Assembly: GCF_009914755.1 (NCBI RefSeq) | Contig: NC_060930.1 | From: the human T2T-CHM13v2.0 reference genome, Homo sapiens | Strand: one strand, 5' to 3' | DNA length: 64,000 nt | In this document: positions 45,552 through 64,000 of the stretch, in pieces | Position numbering within the stretch: position 1 is the first letter of the stretch | Layout: each line of letters opens with the position of its first letter | Notes under the pieces: generated by a model | Databases searched by the model: none | The model's input: only the letters and a program-made list of their open reading frames with translations | What the model was told of the DNA's origin: nothing | Program-made: the position numbers and the translations under genes

Positions 45552-45625
45552 CAAGTGATTCTTTCTGCAGAGGACATCTTGGCTCTTGGCACTCCACCAC
45601 AGACTTGGTATGAGATCCTGGTTGA

Positions 45626-53743
<8,118 letters not shown>

Positions 53744-53885
53744 CTATTTAGGAAAGAATGCATGAGTTTGTTCATAAAGCATAACAGTGGGCGTGGGTAA
53801 CCAATGAAGACTGCTCGGGATATCCATTAAGCACAAATTCCTGCGAAAATACATAAGACCACAGGCACCAGATTCCACAACAAAG

Positions 53886-53992
53886 TGTGTGTGTGTGTCG
53901 ACATGCATGTGTGTGTGTGTGCACGCACATGCATGTGTGTGGGGGGTGTGCCTGTGTGTTTGTGTGCACATGGGTGTGTATGTGTGCTGGTG
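53886..53992. repeat. Imperfect (TG)n microsatellite
   Basis: Visible TG repeats. Confidence 0.9.
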
Positions 53993-54559
53993 TGGAGAAA
54001 ACCTGATTAATAATGTCCAAGCCACACTCCAAGACCTCTTCCACTCAGGCTGGGGTCCCAGGAGCAGATGGTGGGCAAAGGGCAGGAATAACCTGTGCCT
54101 CAAGCTGCAAACAGGATCCACAAAATAGCCAAAAGACAGTGTTCGGGGTGTAACTAAACTTATGAGGCAAAGAGGAGAGACTGGGAGAGGACTGAGAGGA
54201 AAACCAGGTGTGAGGCTGTCATGCAAAGCAGGTCCCTTGGGGTCACCACCTGTTGTTCACCAGGGCTCAGGATAAAAGCCAGAATATCGCATGCTATGGG
54301 TTAAGAAATAGGCTTTTGAGGGAATTTTCAATTCAGTGTCAGCAAGTAAAGAGAAAGCATGAGTCCAATTCCTTTTATTTTTCCATAGAAGAGCAAACCA
54401 GGCACACTACTGGACATGCAGGTGGAGGGGAGGGATGCGGCAGTGTGTTATTGCTCTCCATTATGAGTCAAGCATGAGAGCAGCCTTATCAATGAAGAGG
54501 CACACAAACAGCGTAGGCACCTAGCACTCTTGATTAGAGTGTCAGTTATTGACAGGTTG

Positions 54560-55100
54560 TGCTAACCTGACTTCTAAGATGGTCTCTAATGATCCCCCAT
54601 CTTAGTATTCGAGTCTTTGTGGAATCCTTCCCACCTTGAGTTTGGTATGGACCTTGTCACTTAATTCTAACCAATGGAATATGACAAAGGTGAAAGTCTA
54701 TCATATCCATGAGTAGACAATAAGAGTTTGTGGCTTTTATCTTGCTAGCAGACTCATTTACTGACTCAAGTAATCAAGCTGCCATGTTAAGGAGGTCCAT
54801 GTGGTGAGGAACTGAGAGTGCTCTCAACTCAACATTCAAGAGGAACCAAACCTTCAGTCCTACCACCCTTCGTGCTTCCTACCAACAACTAAGTTAGTGA
54901 GCTTGGAAGCTCATCCTTTCCTAGTTGAGTCTTCAGGGAAGACCCCAACTATGATTGCAGCCTTGAGGGGCCCTGAAGAGAGGACCCAGCTATGCTGTAT
55001 TGAATTGCTGTCCTTCAAATATTGTGAGATAATAAGGGTGTGTTGTTTTAAGCCACTTATTTTAGGACAATTTTTATGCTGTAATGATAACTAATATACA
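54560..55100 (+). mobile_element. MaLR LTR (MLT1E/F-like)
   Basis: CTAAGATGG...TTCTAACCAATGGAATATG...GTTGTTTTAAGCCACT...GATAACTAATA. Confidence 0.7.
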
Positions 55101-55824
55101 GGAGATGTTCAAAAATACAAGCTACCCAGGAACTGGAGACCTAGGGGCCCATGGCTAGTCACACGTCCCTCTGCCAGGAGTGAGAAAAACACCCCTGGTT
55201 CCACTGGATTCTAACTTTTGGAAACCCCACTCACTGGAAGAAGAGGGAGCCCCAGGTTCTAATGAGTTTGTTTTTCAGGCAACCCAGAATGACCTCCCAG
55301 CATCATTTCCAGACAGTGTGGCTCCTGACATCACAAATATAGTAGAATAACACCAAACTGAGTAAATAGGACAGTAGGCTGCAGACCCCCTCATGTGCCA
55401 ATGATCTTTATAAAGACTTAAAACCTCACTATGCATAGAGTTGATAAAGGCACCAAATGAACCAGAGAAAGGAGACTCAAGTCAAGAAAATGTATCTCAA
55501 CTAGGAAATGTTTTTGTGACCACAAAGGGGAGGAACCAGGAAGTTGTGGTAAACTGTAGCGGAAGTTAAAGCTAAAAAAAAAAATGAGAGAGAACCAGTG
55601 AATTTAAAAATACTTAACAGACATAATGACAAAAAGTAATAAGTACATCTCTTTGGATCATGAGAAAGAAGATCAGGAACGAAAGATCTAGCTGGGCCTT
55701 CCCCCACCCTCCCCAGCCTTGGTTCCCTGATTAGTGCTCCAGGCCTCTCCAGGGCCTGACACTCAATCTTCTCTTGGGAACTAATTATGGCAATGTACCA
55801 CGAGGTACTGTTCCTCAGACTAAA

Positions 55825-60435
<4,611 letters not shown>

Positions 60436-60484
60436 TACATCCCTACACCCCCTCAGGTTCAGTCTGAACTGAACAGGGGATACC

Positions 60485-61257
<773 letters not shown>

Positions 61258-61851
61258 CTCCCCTGGACCCCCTGACTTTCTTCAGGGCACTGGCCACTTT
61301 CTTGTCTGTCTTTGGACACTCTCCTCTAGAAGTCTTTGAAATTCTTGAGGCAGGAAGGACCAATTCCCAGCCCTGAATCTTGCATAAAGTGGGTCTTTTT
61401 TAAATGGAAATACGGCTACTCCTCAAAGGAAGGCTAGGAATTTTGCTCTGTGTGACCCTAGTCGTAGTTCTTCACAGAGGGCTCCATTTCACTTGCCTTT
61501 CCTTCTGCTTTTTTCTTCACTCGTTTCCCCACAGAGCAAGACAAAAGAAGCCGGCAAGGATGGCTCTGGTCAGGGTCTGCCTTCAGCCACCCAAATGGGA
61601 TTGCAAAGAGGAGGACAGGGATGGAAAGGGGAAAGTTTGATTTGGTTTGGTTTGCTTAGTCTTTCTATTGGTACCACTTCCTTATCCCAACCTCATCATC
61701 TTCCCCGATCCCTACCAACCCACTGCAGGCATATGAGCCCTAAAATCTGGGAAAGGCTTTTTTCCCTAGGGGCCCTGGCCTCACAGACTTGCCCAGGGGG
61801 GTAAATTCTCAGTGGCTCAGTGGCACGTGCCTCACGTCCTCACCGGCAGCC

Positions 61852-62215
<364 letters not shown>

Positions 62216-62219
62216 GGAG

Positions 62220-63970
<1,751 letters not shown>

Positions 63971-64000
63971 ATTGAGAGGTGACAACCTGCTAGCAGCCCT

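Overview
Human genomic DNA from the MHC class I region (6p21.3), + strand, centred on the non-classical class Ib gene HLA-E (ATG 35719, stop 38768; the Arg107 codon indicates the E*01:01 lineage). HLA-E is the only intact protein-coding gene. Upstream lie three processed pseudogenes: a TMPO/LAP2-beta retrocopy with a SUCLA2 retrocopy nested in its 3' UTR, and a RAN retrocopy. There is also a ~2.6-kb intra-window duplication (1-2650 vs 28340-30610), a decayed ERV gag/pol, a long L1PB-like element carrying an SVA and Alus, a second SVA downstream, and several dozen Alus and older LTR/DNA elements. I see no evidence for a new multi-gene system; this is a well-studied locus. The most interesting signals are evolutionary: a >99%-identical tract inside an older duplication (probable gene conversion), a chimeric AluYa5/older Alu without TSD at a TMPOP1-L1 junction (possible human-specific deletion), a RAN retrocopy carrying Q69L, a patchwork CACTAAG insertion next to an orphan CpG island, and a candidate spliced minus-strand lncRNA. 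Repeat family names and boundaries were judged by eye and are approximate.
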